Origin: Takakia lepidozioides
Taxonomy: Eukaryota > Plantae > Bryophyta
Direction of reading: 5' to 3'
Assembly: GCA_030704615.1 (NCBI GenBank)
Contig: CM060733.1
Coordinates: 12,090,001 to 12,154,000, forward strand
DNA: 64,000 bases
The notes beneath the pieces are model-generated. The model worked only from the letters and a program-made list of their open reading frames with translations, ran no database searches and was not told the DNA's origin. How positions within the stretch are numbered: position 1 is the stretch's first letter; the number at the start of each line of letters is the position of its first letter. A program made the translations under genes and the position numbers. Positions 12,734 through 30,779 of the stretch are shown here, piece after piece.

Positions 12734-14559
12734 CCTGCAAAAATCTGCAACCACAACAATTTTGACACTCGCAAAAGCAACGCGGTTCACGACAACGCTG
12801 GCTCAACAAAACTCCATGCCCTTGGAACACAATACTTCCCTCTCCTTCTCAGCTATGAGATTACTGTAAAGTGTAGCGCAAGAGAAAGGCGCTCCACCTG
12901 ACAGCGAGGTCCTAAAAAACAGAACTCTACCACGCCTTGCTCAATCTGCGCAAGAGTTGTAGCCGCACTCTCCAAGTCGAGTGAAGAAGAATCAGCTACT
13001 CAATTCCGCTTAGCACAAGCGAACAACCTCTGAGTGTCCTACCAATGCTACTAATCGGACCAAGCCAACACAAGCCAGCCGGCGAAAAAACCATGACACA
13101 ACAAACAAAAAATCCACCGCTCCTTAACAGACCGCACGAAACTCCACCATCAATCCTACTTGCAAGCCACTGCAATTATGAAACCATCGCACAGCAGCGA
13201 ACACACGACGGAAGAAGAGAGAAGACGATCGGAACATACCTGCATCAATACGCAGATCCCGTGTTTTCCCGGGCTGATGTATGTTTGCGCAGACGCACAG
13301 CAAGGCAGGGCAGGGCAGGGCGAGGCAAAATCAGGCGATTCTTACGAGGGCGGCTCAGAGGCGGCCGTGCATCGCGTTCCTCGGACTTGTCTATGGTTGC
13401 TGCCTCGGGTGAGTTTGACCCTGGTGGGTTAGGTGCGACGCGGGCAACTCAAGTCCTGCTGCTCGCGTTCCACTGGTTTGCTTTCGCTCATTTCTCTTGG
13501 CTACATTTTGCAAACTGTGCGGAAAGTTGTCGACTCGGTTTGGAAAGATGTAAAGGTGGTCGTAAAGACTGCCAAACTTATTACTCTACCTACCGACCAC
13601 TGCCCAGTCAATAACTGCATTGTGCTGTCTTGTAAGTTCCGCGGCAGGCTGGACAAGATATAGAAAGGATGTGGAGAGTATATTCTCTGGATATTTATAG
13701 AATATTCTAGACAATATTCTAGAATATGGGTGAAAGGCCGCCCACGCCTTGACTGAATGTGTGAAAGAGGTCCACCATTGTGATTTGTCAACAGTCAGTG
13801 CAAGCATATGCGCGTGGAGTAGTCAAAGGGCAGCGCCCCTTCTTTTGGTGGCCCGTTTTAGTCTTTTGGCAAGTACCCTTCTCTTTGTATGTCTAACTCC
13901 TCTTCCCTTTTCCCTGCTTTGTTAAAGGGCTTCAATCCCCTTTTATTGAAAAGAAAACAAATCTGAGAGAAAAAAAAAGACAGGCTGGTGATGTTGATTG
14001 TACAAGCTCTAATCAGATGAGTTTTGCTGAATGTACTGAAAAAAATGCTGGAAGATTGTGCTGATGTATTAGTGAATGAGGGCTCTTATATCAGAAGGTC
14101 CTTTCTTCAGCAGATTTTGGGGGTGTGATCAAGCTCCAACTTCTCAATGGTGTAGTACAATTGGAAAGATCAAGTGATAAGAGCTCAAATAACGCGGTTC
14201 AGATTGCTCAGACTGAACTTATTCCCTGTGACCATTAAGCTACAGAGAGGGAAACACAGTGGCATGGAGTCACGTAGTCTCCTACCTGGAGACGAAGAGT
14301 GTAGTAGATCTTTGTATTACAGGGTCTTGTGGGGTAAGTGCTCTTCCCCTTGTCACTTGCTATCTCGATTACTCATTCCACACCATGTCCGACATTTGTG
14401 GTGGATTTTGCACAAAGTTGAGTTTGTATGTACACACATATCGCATTCTCCTCTCTCATGTGGATGAAGACCTATGTCAGTTTCGACATCCAACATCCTT
14501 CATGTATCTTTAGATTTCTCTTCAGACAAACGCTCCGAATACGCAGGGAAAGAGGAGGC

Positions 14560-17021
14560 CTAGGTGAGATTAAAGCGACCCTTCACAAACCCAGTGCCTG
14601 GTGACAGGCCTAACCGCAAGCACTCCAGCTGCACTATCTGGGAATGGTCAACGAACAAGTTCACCTGCCAGGCATTCCAACACCAAAGGTCAGACAAAAT
14701 TCTGAAGTTGTGGCCTTAGGGAACAATGAGGTTCGTCTGTTTGGATAGTTACTCAAAGACACTTGTCACAACATTATACACCCACAAATTTAGTGCAAGT
14801 CTTTACCATAAATGAGGTAGGTTCAGCTACTAGACTTGATTATAACATTGCAAGCACACAAGACCAGTCATTAGAAAAGATCAAACACTTACCTTGGAGC
14901 CATAGTTTTTTACGAACCATTCAAACACTCTCAAATCTGCAGCCTCAAACATAGTTTTCTCCAACCCCAGGCACTCGATGATTTGGGACACCACATCAGT
15001 ACGCCAATTCAACACATTGTCAGTGATCCCTTCAGCCTCAATCATTATCATGTCAGCACCTGCTTGTAGGCAGCGTTCAGCGTGACGGATCAACCAGTTG
15101 GCATCCTGTGTCCCTACAACCATTCCATACACCTAGTCTTTAGTCCCTCTTTCTCTGAGGTAAAAGCGACCAGCTCAAACCAGAACCAATCCTTAATGCA
15201 ATGATCTTGGTTCGACATCATACCTCAAAAAGATTTACTTTGAAGTCACAATCTAATATCAATTAGATGGTTAACAAATGCACCTTCCCTGGGAAGCTTA
15301 ACTCCAGAAGTAGCAACTGGCGCCCCAAATTCGACGCCGAGCTCAGGCCTGGCCTTGAGGCCTGCATTCTTGACAGTGCGAATGAGACTCAGGAGGTCCT
15401 CTTCAGGAAGTTTGAGGAAGCCAGTGTTGAGCTCTATTGTGTCAAAACCAAGATCCTTGCACTCCTGTGGATAGGGTGATCAAATCCAACAAAACTTGAG
15501 ACAAAGAAAAGATGGGTCATAGTTTGTTCATGCAAAGTGGACATATTTGTTGATCACAGATTCACTGTGACTGTGCGAAACATCCACCTAGCAAGGAAGA
15601 CAATGTAGTGAGAAAGTGTTCTAATTACTTGGTGCACTGTAGATTACACTGATTCATGATTGCTCCTTCGAGCTGAGTTTTCAATCTCTTGTTGTGAGGT
15701 TCTCGGCTAAAGCGTACTGGTGTTTGTGGTTTGTGGGTTGAGAGAAAAAGAACTGAAAAATCTCCACTCAAATTTCTCTTTCACATCATATGTCATGAAA
15801 TTGAGGAATTGCCGAGGATGGAAACAGTCTACATACAAGTTTACAGCATGTGTACTGTCTCACTACAGTCAACACCAGAGCATTGATCATCTCTTCTGCC
15901 AAACATAAAATCACCAAGTTTGGCTCCCCACTGTTACATAGCAAGTGACACATTTAAGCGGAAAAAGAAAGCCTGGAGAAGATACTTCAGAAAAGTAGGA
16001 GTATACTTGGACATACTGTTTGAAGACCCCAGGACCTTTGTTGAGAACATAGTCCCCCCACCCGCCAGTGCTGACATACACTCCATGGTCATGTGCCATG
16101 CTCGTCAGTCGCTTCACCATGTCTCCAGGCATTAAGCTGGATGAACCTCTGGTAAACTTGAGGCCATCAACGTAGCACCCCATGCTCTCCAACACATCCT
16201 GTTTAACCATCCCACAGCACCTCAAGACCACCTAGACAAATGAGATTCTTCGAGGCTCCCCCCCTTTCACCTCCACTCTCTCCCATGAAGTGTCCCCCCA
16301 ATTGATCTCTTGTTGATTTGTCTCTTATCATCCTGACTCACAGCAGATTCAAGATGGAGACCCATCTCAAGGGCTTAAGTCCCTCGCTCTGATTTTCTCC
16401 CACCTAATTCAACGTAGGCGGATGACCAAGTTTCCAATCAAATAACCTTAAATCAGCCTGCTGGTCAACCTTCCGGCCAGAAATTACTGAGGATACACAT
16501 AAATCCACTACGAAACACACCTGCGGAGAGCCTAGGTGTGTTGCATGACTAGCGTAACCTGATTATATCGAATGCGTGCAATGAATCTCTACAATTGCGA
16601 ACGTTTGCGAATAAGCAGAATCCTAAGACTTGATACCATAGGAGGAGGATGGGTGAGCGAAAGGATCAAGTGAATGTTGTGTTACAAAGGTCTATGAGTT
16701 GATCTACATCGACGGGACCTCACTGCTCTGTCATGAAACTTCCGTGAAGTGCGTTATCAAATTCGAATCGAAACCACAATCTCCCCCAACTTCCATGCTC
16801 ATGAGAATCTAATCAGTTTCAATTTCCCATTAATCACCGAATGTCCGCACCTGCACGTAATCGGGTCCCATCACAGTATAGTACGGTCCTCGAATCTCTG
16901 TCATTCCGTGCAGACGCGGTTTCTCGGGCCTCTCGTTGGAGGATGTAAAATCGTAACCGCTGCGGGTAGCCATACCTCTTCTGCCTTCAAGCCGGCTCCC
17001 GGGAATCCATCTGCTCTGCAT
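14560..17021 (-). CDS. HSA32: HEAT-STRESS-ASSOCIATED 32 (phosphosulfolactate synthase/ComA-like), multi-exon; start at 17021 or 16973
   Basis: ERPEKPRLHGMTEIRGPYY, DVLESMGCYVDGLKF, HGVYVSTG, ECKDLGFDTIELN, RCLQAGADMIMIEAEGI, GLEKTMFEA, VNLFVDHSQIVQLECLR. Confidence 0.92.
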
Positions 17022-19047
17022 ATTAAGACGTTGAGATCTTGCAGGCAATGCTAATCAAAGCCCGCCTCCCCTCTTCTCTCTGCCCCCTTTCTTTTCGGTA
17101 AACTTTACGCCTTTCCGCCTCTCCACCGGCACCATGCGAGCCAAAAACCTACAGACTTGTGTAGATCGATAGACTACTGCATCAAAACAATTCGCTATTG
17201 TTCATTCTCACGTTCTGTCAGTTTTCCGGAGAGATACAATCCTTGCCTCAAATCAAACCGAATCGAATCGTCTCTCTCGTCTGATCACGAGAAAACTACA
17301 CACAAATCTCCCGCAGATGCCACAAAAATCCCTCTGTCTCTCCCTCTCCGATCTACCGACTCCCTCTCTCTGTCTCTCTCTCAGGATTGCAAACTTTCCT
17401 CGTCATCAATCTCTCGAGTGTTTGGGGGCCACGTGATAATGAGACACTTGGTTACTGTCAGCCTGACGGAGGGTCGTAAGTATGATGAAGTGGACGAGAT
17501 GCGGTGCAGAGATCGAACCCCTTCAGGCCCAGGTTCCAGGGGCAATTAGTCACCCCAAACTTTAAAGTTAATCCATTTGTCTTAACTAGAAAATTCCAGA
17601 AGTGACCCCGCCCTTCTCTCAGCATGGCTACCCTACAGACCCTATGAGACTAGGCTTGATGAATGCAGGGAGGAACGTCTGGAAGAAGGGACACGGATGA
17701 AGGTTATGGATTGTGAAGAAAGAGGTGGCTGTCTTGTTCGGACTACGTTTCCATAAACTTCTGAGAGAGAGTCTGTGTTGGTGTGCAGTTTGCCCATCCA
17801 CATTCCGCAAATGACAGAAGAAAAATGTTGCAGAAGCCCAGAGATGAGCTTGTGAGCATGTTGAAATTGGCTCTGAGAATATTAGACAGATTTGACAGCT
17901 GCACTTTTGGACAATAAGAGGATTTCATTTGGCGTCACATTAGTTTTAGATGGTTTGCTGTCACTCTCAATGGCTGTGCAGATTTAAGTCCAGAGCGTAC
18001 AGTTATACTAACTTATATCGAGCTTATATCTCAACATCATCAGCTGCACATGACAGTTTGTGCAAACTCAGATGAGGATGACCGAAAGACTAGGCCTGCA
18101 TGATTGCATCGGCCTGTAGTTGTGATATTGAGGTGGAGCCTATACACAAGCTGGAGGATCGACATGAATCCACGCAATAACTATTTCAATACTAAATCTT
18201 TTCAAGTTCATAACCTGCACCTTTATAATTGTTCACATCTCTGAAGCATGTAAATCTTATTGCGGGATAGACTAGGATACATATTTTGGATCTCATGGGT
18301 AGGGTGACCCACAATGTAAATGGAAACAGTGTCCTCACATCTCAACCATGAGCATTTCGCTTCACCGAAGATTCATACTATATGACATGCAGCAGAGTGA
18401 GACCAAGTCAGTGTGCAGGAAAGTTCATCAGAGAGACACGGTTGTGCCACGGTTGTAAATGAGTAAAATTAATGTATCCTCTCATGATAGCAGTGGGTGT
18501 CAGGTTATACATAGATCTCCAGGATCCTTTTTAGGCGGGTGAAAGCGCTGTTTGCGACCCATATATGAAGAGCTGTTGCATTGAACATTTATTTCCTTCA
18601 TTGAAGTGATGTTTAAGCTGCTTGCAAGAGAACTCTCACTTTCCCCACAAGGTTCCATGGGAAGAGTGTGTATAGAGTACAGGTCTATTTGTAGCCAGAA
18701 TATTCCTACACATTTAAGTTCCTATCAATTGGCTATTCTCGGGCACTATTTTCTCGGGCAGCAAAAAACCATCCTGATCTTATGGAGTCCCTCCCAACCG
18801 TCGGATTGACTAAATATCTGCTGAGCCGACCCTCTCCCGCTCCTCTATCTAGCCGAGGCTACGGCAAACAATCTGACGAGTACATTCTATAGCCGAGGCA
18901 GCAACAGATGCATTCCCATCCGTATATAATGGTGCAGCCTGCTCTTGTCCTTTTAGTGTCTCATTTGTCCATTTGTCTGTGCGGGTAAGCTGGACGGTGA
19001 GCTCTACGTAGATCAGTGTCATCATAAGAGATCGAGGGGTCACCAAC

Positions 19048-22580
<3,533 letters not shown>

Positions 22581-23692
22581 ACTTTTAGCTCGAGATTATG
22601 CATGCACTTCTGGAGCTAACGACAGAAGTATGCATATATTCGTGAACAGATTTTCAAACTCCACATGCATTTGAACAAACTTTTCAACACTTGATCATAC
22701 AGCTTCAAAAAGATTTCTTTCTGTCTGACTCCCACATGTATGATTAAGTCCCTAGTGTTTTCTATCCACATTTTACCACTTTGTAAGTACTCTGATTGAT
22801 CCCAATGATGCGCAAGTTAACATTATCTGCATTTCCAGAAATTTCATGTGACCAGTGCAACACAAAAGAAAGCTGCAATGTGGGTGGCCATCGAGCAAAT
22901 AATGGGCTGGTTACATACTAGATGCCCCCGAATTTCAAGCATCATTCCAGGCTGGATTGGGATAGTGTGACCCGCAACTAAGCTGTAGCTGTACAGGCCC
23001 GTCACTGGCACTGTGACTTCTCGGTCTCTTAATCATTGCTTCCTGGGATGGATGCACAAGAGTGTCACCCCCCCACATATAAATCCAACGTCTTCTAGCT
23101 ATGTCATTTGGAAAAAAGTGATTTGATGCTACTGGCTGCAGATGGAAGCCAGACACTGGTCGGAATTCCAGATTTCAAGCTGCAAGCAGAGGGGGACAGG
23201 GGATACATCTCTGTGACTGTTCTTGGCATCATCTCATCTGAACTCCGGTAGGGAAGATATTGGGTAAACCTCTCCTCCCACTGGAAAGAACCCAACTTGG
23301 TACCTTTGCACTGAAAACCTTTACAGGTTCTTTTGGGTATTTCCACAGCAACAGGCACTCAACTTGGCAGCTCCTCCCAGCTTGAGGTGCTTAAATTCGA
23401 CTTCCAGTCACAGATTGCCCAAAGCAGTAGTTGGCACAGCCCTTTCCAAGTTGAAAGAGGGGACACAACCCTTTAGATGAGATTGCCTCCATCAAACCAG
23501 GGCACCAAGATGCTTTGCAATGTCTCATCTCCCATCCAGTGTCCTGATGTCAGATCTGTGAAGCTGCCCCACAAGCACCAACACAGCCTAGCAAGAGTTA
23601 AGTTCTGAGATTGACACATTGCCCAGCAACTTGACCAATCCTTCTAAAGAGCAAGCACCACTACTGCAGAGAGAATGACAGAGATACACCTC

Positions 23693-26600
23693 TTATTCCC
23701 AGATGCAAATACACCCATTCTTATCTGCTGTCGCCAACGGCCTCCCAATGTTACTCCATGCACACGCCAGTACTGAACTAGTGTGGCCTTTCAAATTACT
23801 TTCCGTCTCATTGGACCGCCGGCTCCAAACCAGTACAGAACCATCAGCAGAACCTGCTGCCACACAATTCTCATCTGCGCTCAGGCACGACCGACTCCAG
23901 TTTGTTGCTACCCGAAAACCAGGCGCCCTAAACGATGCCCGGACCTCAAGCGTTCGAACATCAAACAAATTGTGCACGTTGTCTCGTCCACTTGTCAATA
24001 TTGTGTGCCCACTTCTGGAGAATGACACAGAGGTGATGCCTTGGGCATGCGCAGCCACTTCACTGGCCAGCTTGCCTGAACGAAGATCCCACAGTCGTAA
24101 GTTCCCATCCATGTGGCCCGAGCAGATGATCTCTCCATCTGATGTGAGAGCCACAGAGTTGCAGTTACTGTAGCACACAATGGTGTTCACACCGTAGCCA
24201 CTCACTAGATCCCATACCTTTATTGTGCGATCGTATGCTGCACTTACAGCCCTTCGATTCACTGCTTTGCTGAAATCAACAGAACAAACTTTCTCGGTAT
24301 GACCTGTCAGCACCCAGTACATATGTTACACACTGTCTGTCTTCTCTGCTAATTCAAACAAGGTGTGGGTTCCTGTGTGCATCTCAGACATCAAAACAGA
24401 GATATCCCTTGAAAGTGAGTCACTCTTGCAATATATTGTACTGATATTATGTCAGCAGGACAACAACTCTAACAAGCGTAATGTTGTTGGTGTTCTTACC
24501 AGAGAGGTTACGTAACCATCAAGTTCCAGGAGGTAAAACTTATAACAGACTATGCCTTTAAGGGAATGTTACAGCCAACATCCTCTGGGCAGTTAAGACA
24601 ATTTGAGTAATAGGGGAAAAGAGGTTGTTTGAACGGATGGCATGCCACACTGCTACTGTTTCCCCTAACTCCACAAAGATTTGACAAGTAGCTGTGGCCA
24701 GAAAGTGGGGAGAGGATATAACTTGGCAGAGACCTGTTAAAGTATGTCGAATACGACCCGACTGAACCTCCCACAGATAAAGCTTGTGGTCGCTGCAGGC
24801 AGCGAGCACTATGTTATTGTCTGGAGATAAAGACAAGTCCAAAACGGAACCCAAACACCCTCGAAGAGTGGAGAGTGGAGAGGCCCCTGTGGTGTCCCAC
24901 AATCGAACCAGTCGATCATTACCCCCACTGAGCAGCGTGCCACTTGAGTGTTCAAATTGTAGGACAGAGCAGCTGCCATCATGGGCCCTGATGGTGTGCC
25001 TCACTGATGTGGGCATCCCTGAATCAACATAGTCTTCAGCACCAGCTTCACTGTGCCGCACAATCCCTGCAACCGAAAGTAACGACTTCAGATACTGCCT
25101 ACTGTACATGCAGTTGTAACGGCTTAGAATGTGGTCTACGGAGAAGCTCAATTCTCCCTCCATTCTGAAGTTGGCCAGGGTCAAGACAGGAACCTGTGTT
25201 ACACTCTCCAGCATATGTGCCAAGGGATCCACAGTCGCACCCTTTGAGCAGATCATGAGGTGTTGCCCAGAATGAGCCTCGAATTGGGGCATAACCTCAA
25301 CACCATGTACTGCTTATCAAATCCTAAAACCCGGGGGTTTACTGCAGTGGTTGGGCTCATGCCCAGATCATTCCTATTTTCCTCTTTCATGTCAATGGAA
25401 GGATTCTAAAGCTGTTTACTTGTGGTGGTTGCCAATTCTAACAATGAAATTCATCTCGTCTGTACCAAGCTGACACAGCCCTCCCTCCACTACCCACCAA
25501 CCAGACAGCATCCTCCATAACCGGACCAAGCCATAAGAGGGAGGACGATTAGCTACCGCATGGACCATCACTGCTTTTGGACAGAGGTAAGTACCAATCA
25601 ATCCAGGAGCCCTTGCCCTTTGATACAAATTAGTTAAGGAATGCATCTGCAAAAATGAATTTTATTCTAAGGTTTTAATGCAGGATATTTAATAACGAAA
25701 CAATCCTTCCCGAGTTTTTGACAGTTCCTTGTTGATGTTTCACCCCAGAACCCTGCAAACATGCTAACGCCTCAACTTAAGGTTGGTTCAATGCCACTGC
25801 AGGTCATTAATGAACTAGAGTTAGAACTGCAGAACTGCTGGGATATGAAATAGATAGGCCATTTCCCCTGCCTTCTGGCAGAATGTGAATAATTGGCAAG
25901 TGCTAAAGTGCACCAATGATTATGGTTTTATGAGATATTTCATGCATGGAAACTTGTGAAGACAGCATAAATGTACCGTCAACTTGGCTCCTGGCAAGCT
26001 CCTCCAGCCGGCTGGCTTTGAAGCGCTCCATCATATCCTCGTACATTGCATTTGCCTGGCAGAGAAGAGGGTGCCCAATTAGGCTGCTTGACACCACTGT
26101 GCAAGTATGTCCCCATGTCTGGATCAAACATAAACAGTCTCTGATCATCTCTATGAAATTCTTCCAGACATAGTCCCCTGAGATACTTGTCAAAGTGGTT
26201 AAGGGCTGACTTTTCATTCGACAGGTTGCAATGACTTCATGCCACAAAGCTCACTGTTGGTTCCAAAACTGCTAATGTAGGCCTCTGGTCAACACACACT
26301 GGAACATGGACTAGGGTACTGAGAAACGGGCAGGAGTTCGGACAGAGAGAGGGGAGGGTAGGCAAGAAGGCTCAAGCACATTTGTACGGAGCAAAGCCCC
26401 CTCTCTTCATGTTTCTCTTATCCCATGCCTGCCCTTTCATGTGACAATAGAGAGACAGCAGACAGCCCATTCAAGTACAGAGAGAGACACCCCTGCAAGG
26501 TAATGCTATGGCACTAATAGTCTGGCCCCCACCCTCCTCTCAGAAAATAAACACATGCAAAAGCGACTGAGTCACTTCCATGAAAATGTTTGTAGATCAC

Positions 26601-29600
26601 CACCTCATTGAGATGTTCAGCATCTTGCATTTTTTGCTTCATCCAACGGTCAATAAGCATCTGATTCTCATCCTGGGCTTTCATCAGCTTGGCTTCCAAC
26701 TCCGTGACTTGCAATCGCACTGCCCCAACCTCATGGACAGCTGCCTCCAGGGCCCTCTCCTTGGCCTGTACCTGATCTTCTAAATGCTTCATTCTTTCCC
26801 TGCCATTCCAAGTACCCTCAGACTGTAAGCTTTTTGACCAATTGTCTCTCTTCCAGCTGCCGCAAGAAATATTAGTGCAGTTAAAAATCAAGGAAACCTT
26901 ACACAGTCTTGGCTGTCAAGACACCCATTTGGCAACCCTACTGCAAAGCTTGACCTGGGCCAAAGTGACCACTGATGTTATAAAAGCACTGGATGTGGCA
27001 CGATCAATCCCCGTAGCTCCTAAAGTAGGTACTCCCTTCTCTCCTTTGCACAAGCAGGCAACTTGCCCTCATACCTGGAATCCTGGAGCTCGACTTGAAG
27101 TTGGGTGATAATAGCATCTTTCTCAGCAAGCTGCGTTCGGAGTGCTTGAGTGCCTGTGACTTCATGCACCAATTGCTCTGATACTTGGGCTTGCTTTTGG
27201 TAGCTGTGAGTCAGTTCAACTTGCAAGGCCTCCACCTTCCCTTGCAACTCTGCTCCCTGCCAGCCGACTCCCCAGACTTACTGGTCAGCTCTCACACATG
27301 CATGGACATGCTCTCTCTGTTTCTTTCCTTTAAATGTCCAAAGTGGCTCGCGACCTACCTGCCTGAGGTGCTTCGATTTTAGGCGACACTTGATGGATTC
27401 TGAAGTAGTATTTGACGTGTTCTACCCTGTCACATGGGCCCTTGCCGGCCTTTGTGGACGTTATAAAGTTTCTTTCTCTTTCCCTTTCTCTCTTGAGGGC
27501 ATTGTTCCCCCAGTGTGCCAATGTGTTGATCGACAGAACTGATATTGGTACCTCTGACCACTTCCTGGTTTGGACTGAGATCAAAAGGTGTTTTCCCACC
27601 ACCAAGAGATCTGTGAAACGTTCGATTCGGAAGTGGCGCATAGAAAAATTCCACAATGAGGAGGTCAAGGCTGAGTACGTCCAGGCCTTGCAAGAGGCTC
27701 TCCCTCATTTTGTCCAATCGCTCCAAGAACTTCAGTCACGCTCTGTTAACGCAAGAAATGAAGTCGAAAGAGCAGTGGACTCTTGGGAGAGTTTCGTTTC
27801 CTCCGTGGCTGACAAGATCATTGGGAGGAAACTAATTGTCTGCGGTAGAGCAGTTAATTGGTGGACCAATGAGATTAAACTCAAGATAGCTGAGAGACGA
27901 GCCCTCTATAAAGAATGCTGCAATTTGGAAACCAACAGAGAATTGTGGGCGAGGTACTACCAGCTCCGTAAAGATATCAATCAGCTTGTTAGGTCTCAGA
28001 AGAAATTATACTGGGACAAGTTATACAGTGAAATAAACTCAAACCACCATGGTGGTAATGACAAGAAATTCTGGTTGGCCCTTCAACGTTTGTACAAGCC
28101 GAAAAACGGTCAGCAAGTACAAGCGCTGAAGACTACTAAAGGTGCAGTGGTGACTTCATCGGTTGACATTGTCAAAACCTTTGAAACTCACTACAGTATC
28201 CTTGGCAGAACTTCTAGGTCCAACAGTGAGGGGTCTTCTGCTGAATGGAGGGACACAGTTGGAAAAACTGTTCCTATGATTCAAAACAGCCCTGATGAAC
28301 TGGAGTATATTTCAATGGCTTATAATGCTCCCATTAGTTCTTCTGAGATTGTGGAAGCAATTGAACATTTAAATGGATATAAAGCTGGTGGACCTGATGG
28401 TATTGTCAACGAGCTTATCAAGCACGGTGGCGATCCCATGATAGAGGCCCTAGTTCTCCTCTTTAACCTTATCTGGAAGACTGAAATGATCCCCTTTCGC
28501 TGGCGACAGGGGGTCATTGTCAATCTATACAAGAAGGGTGACAGAGAAGAACCGGGGAACTACCGTGGCATCACGCTCCTCAATGCTGTTGGCAAGACAT
28601 TCTGCAGAGTTATAAGTACTCGTCTCGAGGTTGATCTGGAGTCTAGAGGTTGTTTCCACGAAGGCCAAGCTGGCTTTCGGCGAAACAGGGGCTGTGTGGA
28701 TCATATCTTCACTCTAAGCCAGATTATCCAGGGAAGGAAAAAGAAGGGAAACCCACTTATGTTTTTTTCCTGGATGTCAAAAAGGCTTATGACACAGTGT
28801 GGAGAGATGGCCTATGGTTCCGCCTCTGGTCTTGTGGATCAAGGGAAAGATGTGGAGAGTTGTCCACAACTTGTATGCTCACACCAAAAGCTGTGTCACT
28901 GTTAACGGACAGAAGTCCAACTTCTTTGACATAGACCAAGGTGTAGCTCAAGGATGTACTCTCTCCCCTCTGCTCTTCAATGTTTTCATCAATCAACTCC
29001 TCGAGGATGTGGAAAGTGAGGGATTTGGGTTAAGGGTGGGTGATACCACCATACCAGCCCTTATGTTTGCGGATGACTTCGCAGGCATAGGGGAGACTCC
29101 AACTAATCTCCAGGAGTTGATTGATTGCGCGAAGAGATACTTTGATCTTTGGGGGCTAGAGGCTAATGTCAGCAAATGTGCAGTGGTAGCATTCAACGAC
29201 AGAGGAGAGGGAGGAAGTGATCTTAAGTGGCAGTGGGGTAGCCAAGAGATCCCGGTCCTCCCTTCCTACACTTACCTGGGCGTTGAGTTTTCCTCCAATT
29301 GTAATTGGGATGCACATATCCGGAAAGTTGTTCAAACTGGCAAGGGCAAAGCTCTGGGGCTCACTAAATTTTTCCACTGCAGAGGGGTCAACTCTGAGGT
29401 TAAGAAAACCATGCTTTGTCGCGTTATTAGACCTGCCTTGGAGTACGGATCTGCTATATGGGTTGATAACTCCAACCAGGCTAAGTCTGTAGAATCCATT
29501 CAAGTGGGGGTGCTTAAGGAGTGTATGTCAGCATGCTCCAAAACAGCCAATGTGGCTGTTCGGGGTGAGTTTGGCATTCCGTCCTTAAGCTCCCGACGAG

Positions 29601-30779
29601 ATGAATTCAAGGTCAGATGGTGGGGTCAGCTGCAACATATGCCCAACACCAGATATCCTAAGTTAATCGACTCTATATCTTGGAAACAGGACCGCCCTGT
29701 CAAACAGGCTAAGTCCTGGCAGAAGAGAGTAGAAGAGATTCTCAAGGACCTGGACCTGGATCCGCAAGCCTTGACCCTGCTGGATAAATCTGACTTAGAG
29801 GCTGTAGTGTTCTCAGCCATGTCTGTTGCCATGAGATTGTCTGATGAAAATGAAGTTAGGCAGAAAACTTCCCTGAACTTGTTTCCAGTCAGTGACATGG
29901 GGGAGGACATCTTGGATGACCTCAAGGGTCTACCCACTCTCGGCACTAGACTGAAATTTAAACTCAGGGCAGGAAGCCTACCTTTGAACAGCAAACAGAA
30001 GCAGAGAGGAAAGGGAGAGTGCAATTGCCCGCTGTGTGGGCAATCTGGGGGCTAGAGCAGCGTACATAATAAATTCCATAGAGTCTGGTGGGCTGAGACA
30101 GAACAACCAACTCCAGGAGGTTAGTATCCCAGAGGGAAAGGGCAATGAGTACATCTTTCTCACCTTGATTCAAGCAGGGATAAATTAGGTCAGAGTTGGG
30201 TAAAGTCGATGACAAAACAGTACCTTGAAATGTCAACTGAAGACTGACCTCTCAAGCTCATTTGCCCGGACTACATCCTCATTCTAAATTATGTTGTGGT
30301 GGACTCTCAGCTTTTTACATGTCAAGCTTCACTCTTACCACTGGAATCCAGTCTACAACTAGACCAAAGTTCATCAAAAATCCTGCAATTCGTTCAATCC
30401 ATTCAAGTAACTCCTTGGTGTCATAATGTGCTTTACAGATAGATTGAGCGTCCTTCTTTGCCGAATCAAAATTTCTCATTATGCAGGATAACACCCACTA
30501 TGAAAAAGGGCAAGTTTTGAAAGGCCGAAGCTGCGTACAGAATTCAAATACGCTGGCCAGGGAAGATGGATTCATGCAGAAGAGAGAGCAACCAGGTGAA
30601 AAGAAAGCAGAAAGATACGAACTCGCCTGAGGTGTAGAAAGCGCAAGAGAGAGCGCAGCAATTGCCGGCGAGTGCGCCCCCTCCTCCAACAGGTGGCGCC
30701 TACGGAGGGCCCGACATGTCTGCAAAATTGCAGAACCCATTCGCTCGTCCATCGTCACTTCAGCCATCTCTCTTCTCAT
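23693..30779 (-). CDS. ATG16: Autophagy-related protein 16 (coiled coil plus WD40), multi-exon
   Basis: RALRRRHLLEEGAHSPAIAALS, ENQMLIDRWMKQKMQDAEHLNE, LARSQVDG|IVR, and WD40 repeats ending NWSRSCLS...PLATADKNGCICIWE* match plant ATG16. Start codon ambiguous (30779, 30767 or 30752). Confidence 0.93.
27450..30055 (+). mobile_element. 5'-truncated non-LTR retrotransposon (LINE) ORF2 in ATG16 intron 1, antisense to the host gene; one frameshift near 28760
   Basis: End of APE endonuclease (SDH). RT motifs KAGGPDGI, NYRGITLL, QAGFR, FLDVKKAYD, GVAQGCTLSPLLF, LMFADD, YTYLGV. C-terminal LRAG...CPLCG knuckle, truncated. Confidence 0.93.

Noticed and set aside
13045-13614. 189-aa ORF
   Set aside because: Overlaps the upstream/5' region of the phosphoglycerate mutase gene in antisense; no motifs, likely spurious.
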